A stretch of 64,000 bases of DNA, taken from positions 17,860 through 81,859 of the IMG/VR virus record IMGVR_UViG_3300005518_000002, one strand, 5' to 3'. The position numbers were made by a program, and so were the translations under genes. This document shows positions 1-9,656 of the stretch, piece by piece. The stretch comes from a virus. Within the stretch, counting starts at the first letter, position 1. Each line of letters starts with the position of its first letter. The notes beneath the pieces were generated by a model that was not told the DNA's origin, did no database searches, and saw only the letters and a program-made list of their open reading frames with translations.

Positions 1-194
1 TCGCACATGACGATGCCCAGGGGCGCCGGTCCGCCTTTGAAGATCGGGCGGATGTGGTGCTTCATCGAACCGGGGGCGAGCAGCCGGGCACGGGCAGCGA
101 CTGCTTCGGTCTTGAGGGCGATGTGAGCAGAAGCCGTCTTGCGGGCAAGGCGCATGGCCTTCTCCGGCGACACGGTGATGAAGTCCTTGGCCAT
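1..194 (-). CDS. Partial virion morphogenesis protein (HK97 gp10-like position), truncated by window edge
   Basis: Hand-translated MAKDFITVSPEKAMRLARKTASAHIALKTEAVAARARLLAPGSMKHHIRP...; follows head-tail genes. Confidence 0.5.
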   Translation of the reverse strand, partial: MAKDFITVSPEKAMRLARKTASAHIALKTEAVAARARLLAPGSMKHHIRPIFKGGPAPLGIVMC

Positions 195-197
195 GGT

Positions 198-692
198 TCA
201 GCCTCTCGGAAGCCCGACACGGATGCGGAGCTCGGTACCGACGCAGCCGCCCTCCGGACCCTTGACGATCTGTGTGTCAATGATGAAGTCCTCAATCTCC
301 ACGTCCTTCATCAGGCAGAGCTTGTGGGACACAGCATTGAGGACTTCCTGTGCGTCCACCCGGACCTGGAGGGCCGAGGTGTCCAGCTCGGGACAGGGCA
401 CCTCCATGTTCTGGCCGGTGGGGTTCGGCGCACAGCGCATCAGGGCGAAGATGAGCTCCTGCGTTTCGTACGGGGAGTCGCACGGGGACAGGACAACACC
501 ACGCTGCTCGGGGAAGGTGTCCGAGAGCACGAGGATCGTGTGGCCGACGTACAGAGCGCCGCAGGTGCAGCCGTCCCACGCGATGTCCCCGGGCACGATG
601 CAGCTGCGCTGGACCGGGGTGGTCAGTCCGGCGACAACCGCGTCCCGCAGGGCAGCGGCCACCTGGTACCACTTGTCCGTACCGGTGATCAC
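198..692 (-). CDS. Putative tail terminator / head-tail joining protein
   Basis: 164 aa, 4-nt overlap with upstream adaptor gene, structural operon position. Confidence 0.5.
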   Translation of the reverse strand: MITGTDKWYQVAAALRDAVVAGLTTPVQRSCIVPGDIAWDGCTCGALYVGHTILVLSDTFPEQRGVVLSPCDSPYETQELIFALMRCAPNPTGQNMEVPCPELDTSALQVRVDAQEVLNAVSHKLCLMKDVEIEDFIIDTQIVKGPEGGCVGTELRIRVGLPRG

Positions 693-1486
693 GTCCCTGC
701 CCTCCGGTGGCGCGGCCTGTCGATGCTGTACACCCGGGCCTTCTGTGCCAGGCCGTAAGGATTGTCGGACGCCAGGAACAGATCAACCAGGTAGAGTCCG
801 GTCCGCCCGTCCTTGAGCAGCTGACCCACGTCGGGGTAGCTGATGGTGATCCCCTGCCGTACCAGCTGTGTGACCCCCGGCGGCAGGCGGCAGTCCTCCC
901 CGCTCATGGCCTTCAGGATCTCGCAGGCCATCTCCCCCACGGCGAGACGTCCCGCTACGGGAACCTCCTGGCCGTACTCCGCAGTGACGGACCAGGTACC
1001 CACCTGTGTGTCCGCAAGCAGCAGATTGTTGCAGCGGGGCCAGTCCGATCCGTCCGTGCGCACCAGAAGCCGGTTGTCATCCACCCGGTAGGCCCCGGTG
1101 ACCAGGGCAACGCCGTCCACCTTCACGCTGACGATCCGGCTCACCGGGGAGGGGAGGATGACCTCGGGCACCTGGTTGCAGGAGCAGCTGTTGCCACAGG
1201 CGCCGCACAGCTGGGGAAGCCAGTACCAGTCGAAGTACGGGCCGCTGTAGCTGAGCCCGGACCAGATGGGGTAATCCCAGCTGAGCCAGTTCTCGTTGCC
1301 GCAGTACTTCCGGCACGGGCGCAGGGTGATCTCACAGGTGCCGTACCGGCGGCCGGACAGCGCCCACAGGATTTCGGTTGCCGCGGTCACGGCGTTGCCG
1401 GTCGCGGTGGGGCTCGATGTGGAGACCAGCTCAGGACAGTTCCAGATGACGGGCCAGTCGGAGCAGGGACCGAAGTCAGCAGTCAT
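689..1486 (-). CDS. Head-to-tail adaptor protein
   Basis: ATEILWALSGRRYG, WPRC, CRLP.GVTQLVRQGITI and GRTGLYLVDLFL motifs typical of actinophage adaptors. Confidence 0.75.
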   Translation of the reverse strand: MTADFGPCSDWPVIWNCPELVSTSSPTATGNAVTAATEILWALSGRRYGTCEITLRPCRKYCGNENWLSWDYPIWSGLSYSGPYFDWYWLPQLCGACGNSCSCNQVPEVILPSPVSRIVSVKVDGVALVTGAYRVDDNRLLVRTDGSDWPRCNNLLLADTQVGTWSVTAEYGQEVPVAGRLAVGEMACEILKAMSGEDCRLPPGVTQLVRQGITISYPDVGQLLKDGRTGLYLVDLFLASDNPYGLAQKARVYSIDRPRHRRAGT

Positions 1487-1493
1487 GATCGCC

Positions 1494-1832
1494 TCAGATG
1501 CTCGGGACAGGGCCGACGGCTACACGGACGTTGTACTCCAGGCGCAGGGAGCAGAACTTCTGGACGGTGTTGCCGACCCAGAACTCCGCCCAGAAGTCGC
1601 CCGCCGACGGGAACTCCGCGCCGGTCCAGGTGTGGGTCACCTGTCCTGTAAGGGGAGTGGTCACAGTGGCCAGGCCCGCAGTCGACGTACCGTCCACCGG
1701 CCTGAAGTTGAACACAGCCGTGTACCCGGTCAGGTTGATGGCTGCGCCCGCGCTGTCCAGGAACTGATAGACCAGCGGTGGGGGCTTCTCACCCTGAACG
1801 TACGGGCCGATCGTGACGGACGTAGCGGCCAT
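1494..1832 (-). CDS. BppU N-terminal-like Ig-fold virion protein
   Basis: AINLTGYTAVF...GQVTHTWTGAEFPSAGDFWAEFWV pattern. Confidence 0.6.
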   Translation of the reverse strand: MAATSVTIGPYVQGEKPPPLVYQFLDSAGAAINLTGYTAVFNFRPVDGTSTAGLATVTTPLTGQVTHTWTGAEFPSAGDFWAEFWVGNTVQKFCSLRLEYNVRVAVGPVPSI

Positions 1833-1834
1833 GG

Positions 1835-4147
1835 TCAGGGCTCCCTTCCCGATATCGAACTGGTCGGTCCTCTGCCCGTGATCGACGATACCGGCTCGCG
1901 CGCCACTGGCCTTTCCGCACCGTACCGGCCGGACGCCGTATCCCCCGGCTCATGGCCGTACACCTGCTCCCGGGAGGACGTATGAGGATCAACGGTGTCG
2001 TACGCCGTACCGGTAGACTGCGCTGTGCCTGGAAGGGCCGTCGCCGCAGCCATAGGGCTGGACGCAGCACCGGCTGCGGCGGCAACTCCGGCGAATGCCT
2101 GGTAGTTCGCGTCCACCGTGGCCCCGAAAGCAACGGCAGTCATACCGGCAGATGTTGCCAGTGCTTCGATCCGGGCCAGTTCGGTATCAACTGTTGCGGC
2201 CGCACTGGCAACATCTGCCGCTGCACCTGCGCCCGTACTGGCACCGGACGTGCTGCCTGCGGCAGCCGCCGTCCCCGGGAAGACCTCCAGTGCCGCCCCG
2301 GCGTCCTGCGCCGCACCCGAACCTGAGGAAGCCTGCTCCGGAACTGTGATCGCAGTACTCGGGGTGAGGGCAGTTCCGGACGCTGCGATGTCCTGCGCCG
2401 GGGCGTTCGTGTTGCCGCTCGTGCTGACAACCGGATCTTCGCTCGTACCGGTCGCGGCTGCTGTGCCAGCACCCGGGGCGGCAGCGACCGACGGATCCGG
2501 AGCTGACCCCGTGGCTGTAGCTGCCTGGGCAGGAGCTTCGCGCCCGGTGAGCACCGCAGCGTCGGACGCTGCCCCCGTGGCGGACGCTGCACCCGCACCG
2601 GCCGTGACGGACGTGCTGGGACTCTCAGCACTCGCGGCAGCAGATGCAGCGTCCGCCGTCACGGTACCCGAGACGGCCGCTGCCAGGGCCGTCGCTGCCG
2701 CGGAGGGGGTATCTGGGGCGGTGGTACCAGCCACAGAGGGATCGGCCGCTACAGCGGAAGCTGAAGCCGTCTGTGCAGGTGCGCTGGTCTCCGCCACCGT
2801 GCTGACAGTGGCATCGAACGCCGTACCTGCGGCTGCGGCCTGGCCGGAATTGACGGTGGCATCCGTGGAGGGGGCCAGCGCTGAACCTGTTCCCGCGGGA
2901 GTGTCCGGCTGCGCACCAGCGGCCGCCTGCGGACTGCTAGCCGAGCCGCTAGCACTCGCAGCCTCCGCAGGAGCGTCCTTGCCCACGGCCGCGGTGGCGT
3001 CGAACGCCGTGCCTGTGGCTGCGGCCTGTCCGGCGTTCGCCGTGAGCGCCGCGGAGGGATCAGTGGCCGTGCCTGTGGCTGCGGCCTGTCCGGCATTCGC
3101 CGTGAGCGCCGTGCTCGCGGTGTTCGCCGTGCCTGCCCCTGTCGGGGTATCCGGCTGCGCACCCACGGCCGCGGTGGCGTCGAACGCCGTGCCGGTCGCG
3201 CTCACTGCCCCGGCGGGAGCCTCGCGTCCGGTGAGCACGGTGGCGTCGGATGCTGCACCTGTTGCTGCGGCCTGACCCGCGTTCGCCGTGAGCGCCGTGC
3301 TCGCGGTGTTCGCCGTGCCTATGGCTGCCGGGGTATCCGGCTGCGCACCAGCGGCCGCCTGACCCGCGTTCGCCGTGCCTGTGGCTGCCGGGGTATCCGG
3401 CTGCGCACCAGCGGCCGCCTGACCCGCGTTCGCCGTGCCAGTCGCGGCTGCCTGCTCGGCCGGGGCACTGGTGGCAGGGTCTACCGCGAGGATGGAACGG
3501 ATCGGGGGCGAGCCCCAGCTGAGTCCGGGGCCGTCTTCGGTGGTGGCTCCGGAACCGCCGGAAAGGGTATTGTCCAGGCCGCTGTAGTCAGTGGTCTCCG
3601 CCTGAGTGAGCGGGTACCAGGCAGTCATGTTCGCCGTGCGGGCGGGCCGTATGGACCAGCGCTCCTGAGCAAACTCCGCCGCGGTAAGCGTAGCCCCCAC
3701 CCAGAACTTCACCCCGGTCACGCAGCCGTTGAGCCAGTCGTTCGAGGTGGAGTCGTGCAGGTTGCCGATCAGCAGCGACGTAGCCGTGGTAGTCGTGGAT
3801 CCCCCGGTCCAGGTAGTGGCCGAGGGGAAAGCTTCCGTGCCCTGCGCCACAGCCCAGAGCGAACCGTTCGCCCCGTTGCTCGACATGGCGATGAAGTACC
3901 AGGTGCCCACGGTGAGCGCCGGACCGGCCGTGGCACTGGCGTCGTCGTAGAAGCGCAGCGTCGTGCCGTCGGTGTTGGTGCCCAGACTCCAGTACTCCGC
4001 GGTGGAGGAGCCGATGGAGAAAATGCCGGAGATAACGTTCCGGTCGGAGGAAATCTTGGCCCAGCAGCATGCGGAGAGCTGGGACTGGGAGCCGAGCGTG
4101 ACGGTACGGCTGTAGGTGTGCGCACTGGCCGAGAACCGGACAGCCAT
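1835..4147 (-). CDS. LamG/concanavalin-like domain plus long Ala/Thr/Ser-rich repeat stalk; virion fibre or decoration protein
   Basis: N-terminal ~210 aa with GTWYFIAM and WLNGCVTGVKFW; then 20-aa-period repeats such as AATGTANAGQAAAGAQPDTP. Confidence 0.7.
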   Translation of the reverse strand: MAVRFSASAHTYSRTVTLGSQSQLSACCWAKISSDRNVISGIFSIGSSTAEYWSLGTNTDGTTLRFYDDASATAGPALTVGTWYFIAMSSNGANGSLWAVAQGTEAFPSATTWTGGSTTTTATSLLIGNLHDSTSNDWLNGCVTGVKFWVGATLTAAEFAQERWSIRPARTANMTAWYPLTQAETTDYSGLDNTLSGGSGATTEDGPGLSWGSPPIRSILAVDPATSAPAEQAAATGTANAGQAAAGAQPDTPAATGTANAGQAAAGAQPDTPAAIGTANTASTALTANAGQAAATGAASDATVLTGREAPAGAVSATGTAFDATAAVGAQPDTPTGAGTANTASTALTANAGQAAATGTATDPSAALTANAGQAAATGTAFDATAAVGKDAPAEAASASGSASSPQAAAGAQPDTPAGTGSALAPSTDATVNSGQAAAAGTAFDATVSTVAETSAPAQTASASAVAADPSVAGTTAPDTPSAAATALAAAVSGTVTADAASAAASAESPSTSVTAGAGAASATGAASDAAVLTGREAPAQAATATGSAPDPSVAAAPGAGTAAATGTSEDPVVSTSGNTNAPAQDIAASGTALTPSTAITVPEQASSGSGAAQDAGAALEVFPGTAAAAGSTSGASTGAGAAADVASAAATVDTELARIEALATSAGMTAVAFGATVDANYQAFAGVAAAAGAASSPMAAATALPGTAQSTGTAYDTVDPHTSSREQVYGHEPGDTASGRYGAERPVAREPVSSITGRGPTSSISGREP
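2990..3450. repeat. Coding tandem repeats, 60-nt period
   Basis: Successive 60-nt lines nearly identical (GACCCGCGTTCGCCGTGCCTGTGGCTGCCGGGGTATCCGGCTGCGCACCAGCGGCCGCCT). Confidence 0.9.
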
Positions 4148-4157
4148 GGGGTTCTCC

Positions 4158-4661
4158 CTACGTGTTGGAGTAGGTGAACCTTGCCTGCGTCAGCCAGGCA
4201 TCCCCCGCCATCGTGTCGTTGGCGTGCGCCCCGAGACGGCTCAGCTTGATCCAGAGCACGTCCCCATTGGTGATCGAGTCGAGGTTTGTGATGGTGATCG
4301 TTGCTTGCATGATGCGCCGGGCCGTCGTACCCAGATGCGTGTCGTCGACTGTCTGAGCCGTAGCGAAGGCTTTGGTGGTCGCATCCTGCGTGTCAGTCTC
4401 CGGGGTGATTGCAGCAAGCTGCGCCTCCCACCGGACCACGCCGCTGGTGGCCGTGTCGGCAGCCCACTCGATGTCCAGAACCGGGTTGCCGCTGGCGTAC
4501 CCGAACGGGTCGATCACCCAGAACGCAGTCTCCGTTGCAGCAGCGTCGAACTTGAGAACCGGCACCGGGCCGTTCGTACCGTTGATCTTGTCGTACTGCG
4601 GGAACGCGGATCCCAGGTACTGCGCGGATCCGGGATCGAGCATGACGCGCACATTGGCCAT
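4158..4661 (-). CDS. Virion structural protein, beta-rich
   Basis: 167 aa, phage-like codon bias, in structural operon. Confidence 0.6.
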   Translation of the reverse strand: MANVRVMLDPGSAQYLGSAFPQYDKINGTNGPVPVLKFDAAATETAFWVIDPFGYASGNPVLDIEWAADTATSGVVRWEAQLAAITPETDTQDATTKAFATAQTVDDTHLGTTARRIMQATITITNLDSITNGDVLWIKLSRLGAHANDTMAGDAWLTQARFTYSNT

Positions 4662-4663
4662 GA

Positions 4664-4936
4664 TCAGCCGTCCTCTTCCGCCCGCAGGCGTCCCGCCCGG
4701 CGCATGGCCACGTAGCAGAAGAGGAAGGTCTTGGTCGCCAGGTTCGCGTTGGTCCGGAAGTTGACCGGCAGCGCCGTGTTGAAACTGGCCTGGTTGGTGT
4801 CGATCCAGTCATCCGTCGCTGCTACGGCTGCGGTGATATCGGTCTTGGTGATGCCTGCCAGGGACGCACCGGCAATCACCGCGTCGCGCATGAACTGCGC
4901 AACGGCACGGGCCCGGTTGGTGGCGTCCAGAGGCAT
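4664..4936 (-). CDS. Hypothetical protein, 90 aa (MPLDATNRAR...)
   Basis: True start inside the 240-aa track ORF; TGATCATG junction with previous gene. Confidence 0.7.
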   Translation of the reverse strand: MPLDATNRARAVAQFMRDAVIAGASLAGITKTDITAAVAATDDWIDTNQASFNTALPVNFRTNANLATKTFLFCYVAMRRAGRLRAEEDG

Positions 4937-4938
4937 GA

Positions 4939-5418
4939 TCAGACCGTCACTCGGTAGATCCCGTTGGCGTTCCAGACGATCGTGAACGTCCCCGCGGTGA
5001 CACTCTGCGCCCCGCCGAAGTAGTTGTAGCAGACCCCCTGGTCGGCCACGGTGCCGCCGGAAATCGTGTCGTCGTAGACCAGGCACCCGAACGCGTTGGT
5101 GATGGTGACGGTGCCGCCACCTGCCAGGTCCGCAGCGTCGAACATGAAAACCCCGGTGGACGGGGTGGTGAAGGTCTTGGACGCCAGCGCGCGGCCGCCA
5201 CTGACCCAGTTGGTCACGTCGGTCACTTCGTTGGCCGTGACCCAGGTGCCCGTGTTGAAGCCGGTGGACGCGGCGGCCGCGTCCTTGTCCGGCGTCACGG
5301 AGTTGTTGAACAGCGCCGCCTTGACCGTGTCGGAGTCCAGGCCGGTGTAGCTGGTGCCGGAGACCTGGACCTCCTGGGAGAACCACTCCCGGAACAGCTT
5401 GCTGTCAGCCCATGCCAT
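4939..5418 (-). CDS. Virion structural protein (tail/fibre-associated)
   Basis: DSDTVKAALF...FDAADL...GTFTIVWNANGI pattern common in phage structural modules. Confidence 0.65.
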   Translation of the reverse strand: MAWADSKLFREWFSQEVQVSGTSYTGLDSDTVKAALFNNSVTPDKDAAAASTGFNTGTWVTANEVTDVTNWVSGGRALASKTFTTPSTGVFMFDAADLAGGGTVTITNAFGCLVYDDTISGGTVADQGVCYNYFGGAQSVTAGTFTIVWNANGIYRVTV

Positions 5419-5729
5419 TACCGATCACTCCTTGCATACGCCGTGGGCGCATAAGCCACGCAGTCCTGGCCGTCGTCCCGGATGGTGACCACCGACATGA
5501 TCGGACGTCCGGCACCGTTGAGCCGGACGTCCTCGGTGCCGATGTAGTCCTCGCGCTCCACAGCGACGACCCGGCAGTTCGTGCCCCGGCGGACCATGGG
5601 CGCGAGCAGCCCCTCCAGCCCGCGGCAGTCGTGGAACCGGTTGGGGCAGTCCCAGGGCGTGCGGGCGACCACCGGGCAGTTGGGGCACTCCCACTCGACC
5701 GGCGGCCGCTCGAATACCGGAATCTTCAT
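5418..5729 (-). CDS. Hypothetical Cys-containing protein
   Basis: 103 aa, CPNC...FHDC, coupled to downstream gene. Confidence 0.6.
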   Translation of the reverse strand: MKIPVFERPPVEWECPNCPVVARTPWDCPNRFHDCRGLEGLLAPMVRRGTNCRVVAVEREDYIGTEDVRLNGAGRPIMSVVTIRDDGQDCVAYAPTAYARSDR

Positions 5730-5733
5730 CGGA

Positions 5734-6432
5734 TCACGTCAGGGTGGTCGGGTTGCAGGCTTCGGTGGGCGGTGCCGTGGTGGTGATGTTCCACAGCCAG
5801 TGCTCCCCGGCGCCCAGCGTCTCGGACGTCGGGAGCCAGTTGGTACCGGTACCCGGTCCGTTCAGCCAGCCCGTGACCGCGGTGGTACTGCCTGCCCTCG
5901 TCTCGGACATGACCTGGAGCGTGGTCCGGCCGTTCTCGATGTCGTATCCGCCGAGCTTGCTGGAGCCGACGTTGGGCCAGGCGTTGTAGATATAGCGCTG
6001 CGCACCCGAGGCATCACAGGCACCGGAACCCGCGACCCGCTGCCAGACTTCGAGGGAGTACCGGTTGGTCGGCTGGCCCTCCGCGAAGGCGAAACCGGAT
6101 CCGGTGACCCCCGCCGCGCCCACGGTGAGTTCACGGGCGCTGGTGATGTACGCCGTGCCCGTCGTGTTGATCTCACAGAAGTCGATCGTCAGCTGCATGC
6201 GCTTGAGGACGGGGTCGTCCTTCTGGTTCACGCAGACGCTGCCGTCGGCCGTCCTCTCGAAGAACTCCTCGCCGTCCTCGTACTGCGGCTCCATGGAGAC
6301 CTTCACGAAGCCCTTGGACACGATGACCATGGACCCGGAACCGGTCACCGGGTTGCCACAGGTGTCCAGCTTGACGATGCGGTAGTGCGTGCCCTTGATC
6401 GGGGTTGCACACGCGGAAACAGTTGCGACCAT
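5734..6432 (-). CDS. Major tail protein
   Basis: RIVKLDTCG, GEEFFERTADGSVCV and YSLEVW motifs of actinophage major tail proteins. Confidence 0.75.
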   Translation of the reverse strand: MVATVSACATPIKGTHYRIVKLDTCGNPVTGSGSMVIVSKGFVKVSMEPQYEDGEEFFERTADGSVCVNQKDDPVLKRMQLTIDFCEINTTGTAYITSARELTVGAAGVTGSGFAFAEGQPTNRYSLEVWQRVAGSGACDASGAQRYIYNAWPNVGSSKLGGYDIENGRTTLQVMSETRAGSTTAVTGWLNGPGTGTNWLPTSETLGAGEHWLWNITTTAPPTEACNPTTLT

Positions 6433-6442
6433 GATTCACCCC

Positions 6443-7330
6443 TTACGTGGGTACTCCGAGGTTGACGAGCGCCGCGATCAGGCAGCATTCGAAGCCGAGC
6501 ACGTACGTGCGCTCAGCCAGCATGTGGACGGTGTTCTCCGCCCGGTTGAACGACTCGGCCAGCGTCGTGACGCGCATGTCGCTGCGGTAGCCGAACACCG
6601 CGCCGGTCGCGTAGATCCAGCTGGTCTGGTCCGCGGCCGCCGTGCCGATGGGTGAGGATCCGTCGTACCCGGTACCGACCACGACCAGATTGCCCGCCGC
6701 GGTGTGCAGGACGCCGTTGTCCTCCTCCACCAGATCCCACGCGACGAAGGTGGGCAGCGCCTCGGGAGCCATGTGGATGACTCCCTGACCGTGGTAGCAG
6801 TCGGCCAGGGAAGCCTCCACAGCACCGAGGGCATGGGCGGCGTCCCCGGTGGCTGCTACGGATGCGGCGGACTGGAGCGTGATGTTCTGCGGGTCCACCA
6901 GCTCTGTGCTGGAGGCCAGGTGGGGCCAGACGGTGGTGCGTCCGCCGGACGTCCCCGTCCATACGGCGCGCTCCACCCACCAGCCCTCCACCCGGGCCAG
7001 CGCGTCGGACGCGAGAGCATTGGTCTCCGCCTCGGTCCGGCCGACGGGCGAACAGGTGTACTCCGCGAACACCGTGAACGGCGTGGCTCCGCGGAACAGC
7101 TGGTCGACGTTGTCAGCCTTGTTCTCCGGTGCGGGCGGAACAGCTCCGCCCGTACCCGTGACCGCGATGCACTCGTCGTAGGTGGTCGCACCTGCGTCGC
7201 AGCGCTCTTCCCAGGTGATCCCGTGCTGCCAGTGGGGATTGTCGATACCGGGCTTCTGCGCTGCGTCCCACAGGCCGTAAGGGAGCGGTGAGAAAGACGG
7301 GCCGCTGACGATCTGTCGTGCTCCGGCCAT
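6443..7330 (-). CDS. Second capsid protein (pentamer-type, as in cluster B-like actinophages)
   Basis: PYGLW..., HWQHGITW, TPFTVFAEYTCSPVG, VERAVWTG, AERTYVLGFECC; downstream of main capsid gene. Confidence 0.65.
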   Translation of the reverse strand: MAGARQIVSGPSFSPLPYGLWDAAQKPGIDNPHWQHGITWEERCDAGATTYDECIAVTGTGGAVPPAPENKADNVDQLFRGATPFTVFAEYTCSPVGRTEAETNALASDALARVEGWWVERAVWTGTSGGRTTVWPHLASSTELVDPQNITLQSAASVAATGDAAHALGAVEASLADCYHGQGVIHMAPEALPTFVAWDLVEEDNGVLHTAAGNLVVVGTGYDGSSPIGTAAADQTSWIYATGAVFGYRSDMRVTTLAESFNRAENTVHMLAERTYVLGFECCLIAALVNLGVPT

Positions 7331-7343
7331 CGGTTACGCCTCC

Positions 7344-7625
7344 TCACACAATCGTGGTGTTGACCATGTAGCTGATGTAACCCGGACTCAGCGAACTCAT
7401 TGACCAGGCCCAGAGCGCCGCCCCGGCTGCGAGTGGGAATGAGACGGGGCCGCTGTCCCCGGTCTGCACCAGGCGGCACCCGTGCTCGTTGTCGTTCGCA
7501 GACCCGATCTTCACGGAGTACTCGGACCAGAAGATCGTCACCATGCGCGTCCCGAGCAGGGACGACGCGACGATCTGGACCGGCGTCGTCCCTTCGAGAT
7601 ATGCCTCTTCGGTGATCAGAGTCAC
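7344..7625 (-). CDS. Hypothetical protein, 93 aa
   Basis: GTG start at 7625 with AGGGAGGA RBS. Confidence 0.55.
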   Translation of the reverse strand: MTLITEEAYLEGTTPVQIVASSLLGTRMVTIFWSEYSVKIGSANDNEHGCRLVQTGDSGPVSFPLAAGAALWAWSMSSLSPGYISYMVNTTIV

Positions 7626-7659
7626 GCTGTCCTCCCTGCGGATACGGATGAAGGGAGAA

Positions 7660-9468
7660 TCAGACGTGAGCACCGTTCGGCGTGGCAACCGCGCCACCGG
7701 CCTGGCCGGAGACGTTGAAGGCCACGGTGTACTTACGTGCGGCGTGGCCGACCAGAGCGATCAGGTGGCACTCCTCCGCCCACAGCGCGGTGTAGTCGTT
7801 CTCCGCGTTGAGGACCGAGTCCCTGATGACGCCCAGGTCGAGCTGGAGGCCGGTGCCGTGGAGGAACGTCCCCGCTGCGTACATGAGGAAGTTCACCGTG
7901 CCGGGCCACACGAGCTGGACCGTGCTGTTGCCGGGCTGGGAAGCGCCGCGCACCTGGTAGTCGTTGACCCACTGGACGCGGACGTTGCGCGCGGAGAAGA
8001 ACGAGTCGATCTCTGCGTCGCTGACAGCCTGCTGGTTGGAGACACCCTGCTTGAGGGCCAGGTCCGCCCGGATCACTTCCCGGATGTAGTACGGCATGAT
8101 CACCTCAAGCACCGCATTGGTGCTCATGGCGAACCGGGCCCGGTAGTCCGTCGCAGCCAGGGCCACGGAGTTGTAGATCCTCGGGGCAGGGCCGTCGGTG
8201 GCAACGGCACCGATGGTGTTCGCACCACCGGCCGCAGTGTCCATCAGGCTGATCAGCCGCGCATTGATCGCGTGGGCGTAGGCCGCGCGCATCAGCCGGA
8301 TGAAGTTCTGCGTCGACTCGGGGTACGCGTCGTCCGTCAGGTTGCCCGCGGTGAGGCTGAGGCCGTAGCACTCCAGCCGGACCTCGGAGAACGTGGGGCA
8401 GGGGACGCGCAGCGTCGGCTTGTTGACGGATCCGGTGACAGTGAGAATGTCGTCGGACTCGGTCCACAGCCACGGGTCGGTCGCGTTGCTCATCGGGAAG
8501 GCGAAGCCACCGAGACCGGAGGCCGCCGTAGCGCCGCCGCCCACGGACGCCTGGAAGAACACGTCGCCGATGGCCGGGGAGACCGGGAAGCGGATACCGC
8601 CACGGCTCACACCGACGGACGGAAGGTCGACCATTCCGTCTGCTTCGGCGATGTTGAAGAAGTTATACATGATCTCCGACGGCGCACACCATCCGCCACC
8701 GGCAACCAGCGCGTCCAGGTTGCTGGACTTCCCCTGGAGGATGCTCTTCCAGAGCTCTTCCACCGTGGCGGGGTTGGTCCGCTCGTCGATGGTGTGCTCG
8801 AAGGTGTTGCGCACCGAGGCGACCAGGTGACGCGCGGCACCCCTGCCGTCGCGGGTGATCGGGATGGCGCGGGCCTTCTGCTGGAAGGCACTGCCGAGGG
8901 CTTCGATGGTGGGCAGGGCCTGGCCGGTGGCCACGCCGGGAATGTCCACCGAGGCGGTGATGGCCGGTACGGCTCCGGGAACCTTGAGCGGCGGAGCCTG
9001 GTTACGGGTGGCGGACAGCGACGCCATCCGGCTCTTGACCTGCTCCATCTGCGGGCTGTTCTCCCCGAACAGCGCCATGGCGACACCCTGCGCGGTGGCC
9101 TGCGTCAGCTCCCCGAGGTTGATCTGTCCGCCGGGACCGGCGGCCGCAGCGGCGGTGGCAGTCTCGCCGCCTTCACCCGTTCCGTCGCCGTGCACCCGGC
9201 CGCGGAGATCCTGCATACGGCGCTCTGCCGCCAGGCGCTCCGTCTCGGCCTTCCGGCTGGCGCGGTCCTCACGCACCTGGAGCTCGGCCCGGATACGGTC
9301 GAGGCTTTCGGTGATGGTGGCGGAGTAGGTCAGGGCTTCGGCCGTGAACTCCCCTGCCTGCTCGATCCGGTCGAATTCAGCGACGGCCTGGTCCTGGAGT
9401 GCTGCCAGATCGGCATCACTGACCAGGGAGAGGTCGTCGGGTGCGTGGAAAAGCTCAGGCTCCGGCAC
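7660..9468 (-). CDS. Major capsid (hexamer) protein with N-terminal scaffold-like coiled coil
   Basis: LVAGGGWCAPSEIMYNF, DLPSVGVSRGGIRF, LDLGVIRDSVLNAENDY motifs; GGAGG RBS. Confidence 0.85.
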   Translation of the reverse strand: MPEPELFHAPDDLSLVSDADLAALQDQAVAEFDRIEQAGEFTAEALTYSATITESLDRIRAELQVREDRASRKAETERLAAERRMQDLRGRVHGDGTGEGGETATAAAAAGPGGQINLGELTQATAQGVAMALFGENSPQMEQVKSRMASLSATRNQAPPLKVPGAVPAITASVDIPGVATGQALPTIEALGSAFQQKARAIPITRDGRGAARHLVASVRNTFEHTIDERTNPATVEELWKSILQGKSSNLDALVAGGGWCAPSEIMYNFFNIAEADGMVDLPSVGVSRGGIRFPVSPAIGDVFFQASVGGGATAASGLGGFAFPMSNATDPWLWTESDDILTVTGSVNKPTLRVPCPTFSEVRLECYGLSLTAGNLTDDAYPESTQNFIRLMRAAYAHAINARLISLMDTAAGGANTIGAVATDGPAPRIYNSVALAATDYRARFAMSTNAVLEVIMPYYIREVIRADLALKQGVSNQQAVSDAEIDSFFSARNVRVQWVNDYQVRGASQPGNSTVQLVWPGTVNFLMYAAGTFLHGTGLQLDLGVIRDSVLNAENDYTALWAEECHLIALVGHAARKYTVAFNVSGQAGGAVATPNGAHV

Positions 9469-9529
9469 GATAACCTCCGACGGCTGGCCAGAATGATCTG
9501 TGTGTCAGCCGGAAGATAGCATCAGAAAA

Positions 9530-9567
9530 CCGATTCACCAAAGATCGAATTCTCTTTGGTGAATCGG
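9530..9567. promoter_or_regulatory. Perfect 15-bp inverted repeat upstream of capsid gene
   Basis: CCGATTCACCAAAGA-8 nt-TCTTTGGTGAATCGG. Confidence 0.7.
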
Positions 9568-9588
9568 CTAAATGAATGCTGGACACTG

Positions 9589-9651
9589 TCAGGTCAGCGA
9601 TTCAGGCTCCGGTACCGGCGGCGGAGGCGCAGGCTTGTTGCAGCCGCACAT
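9589..9651 (-). CDS. 20-aa peptide MCGCNKPAPPPPVPEPESLT
   Basis: GGAGAGGGG RBS; sits between protease and capsid genes. Confidence 0.5.
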   Translation of the reverse strand: MCGCNKPAPPPPVPEPESLT

Positions 9652-9656
9652 GATGA

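Noticed and set aside
7489-9519. Long antisense ORFs (also 2118-3275, 12691-14520, 30131-31972, 32747-34630, 37705-40056, 48405-50564)
   Set aside because: Shadows of real genes on the opposite strand caused by high GC3; no motifs or RBS
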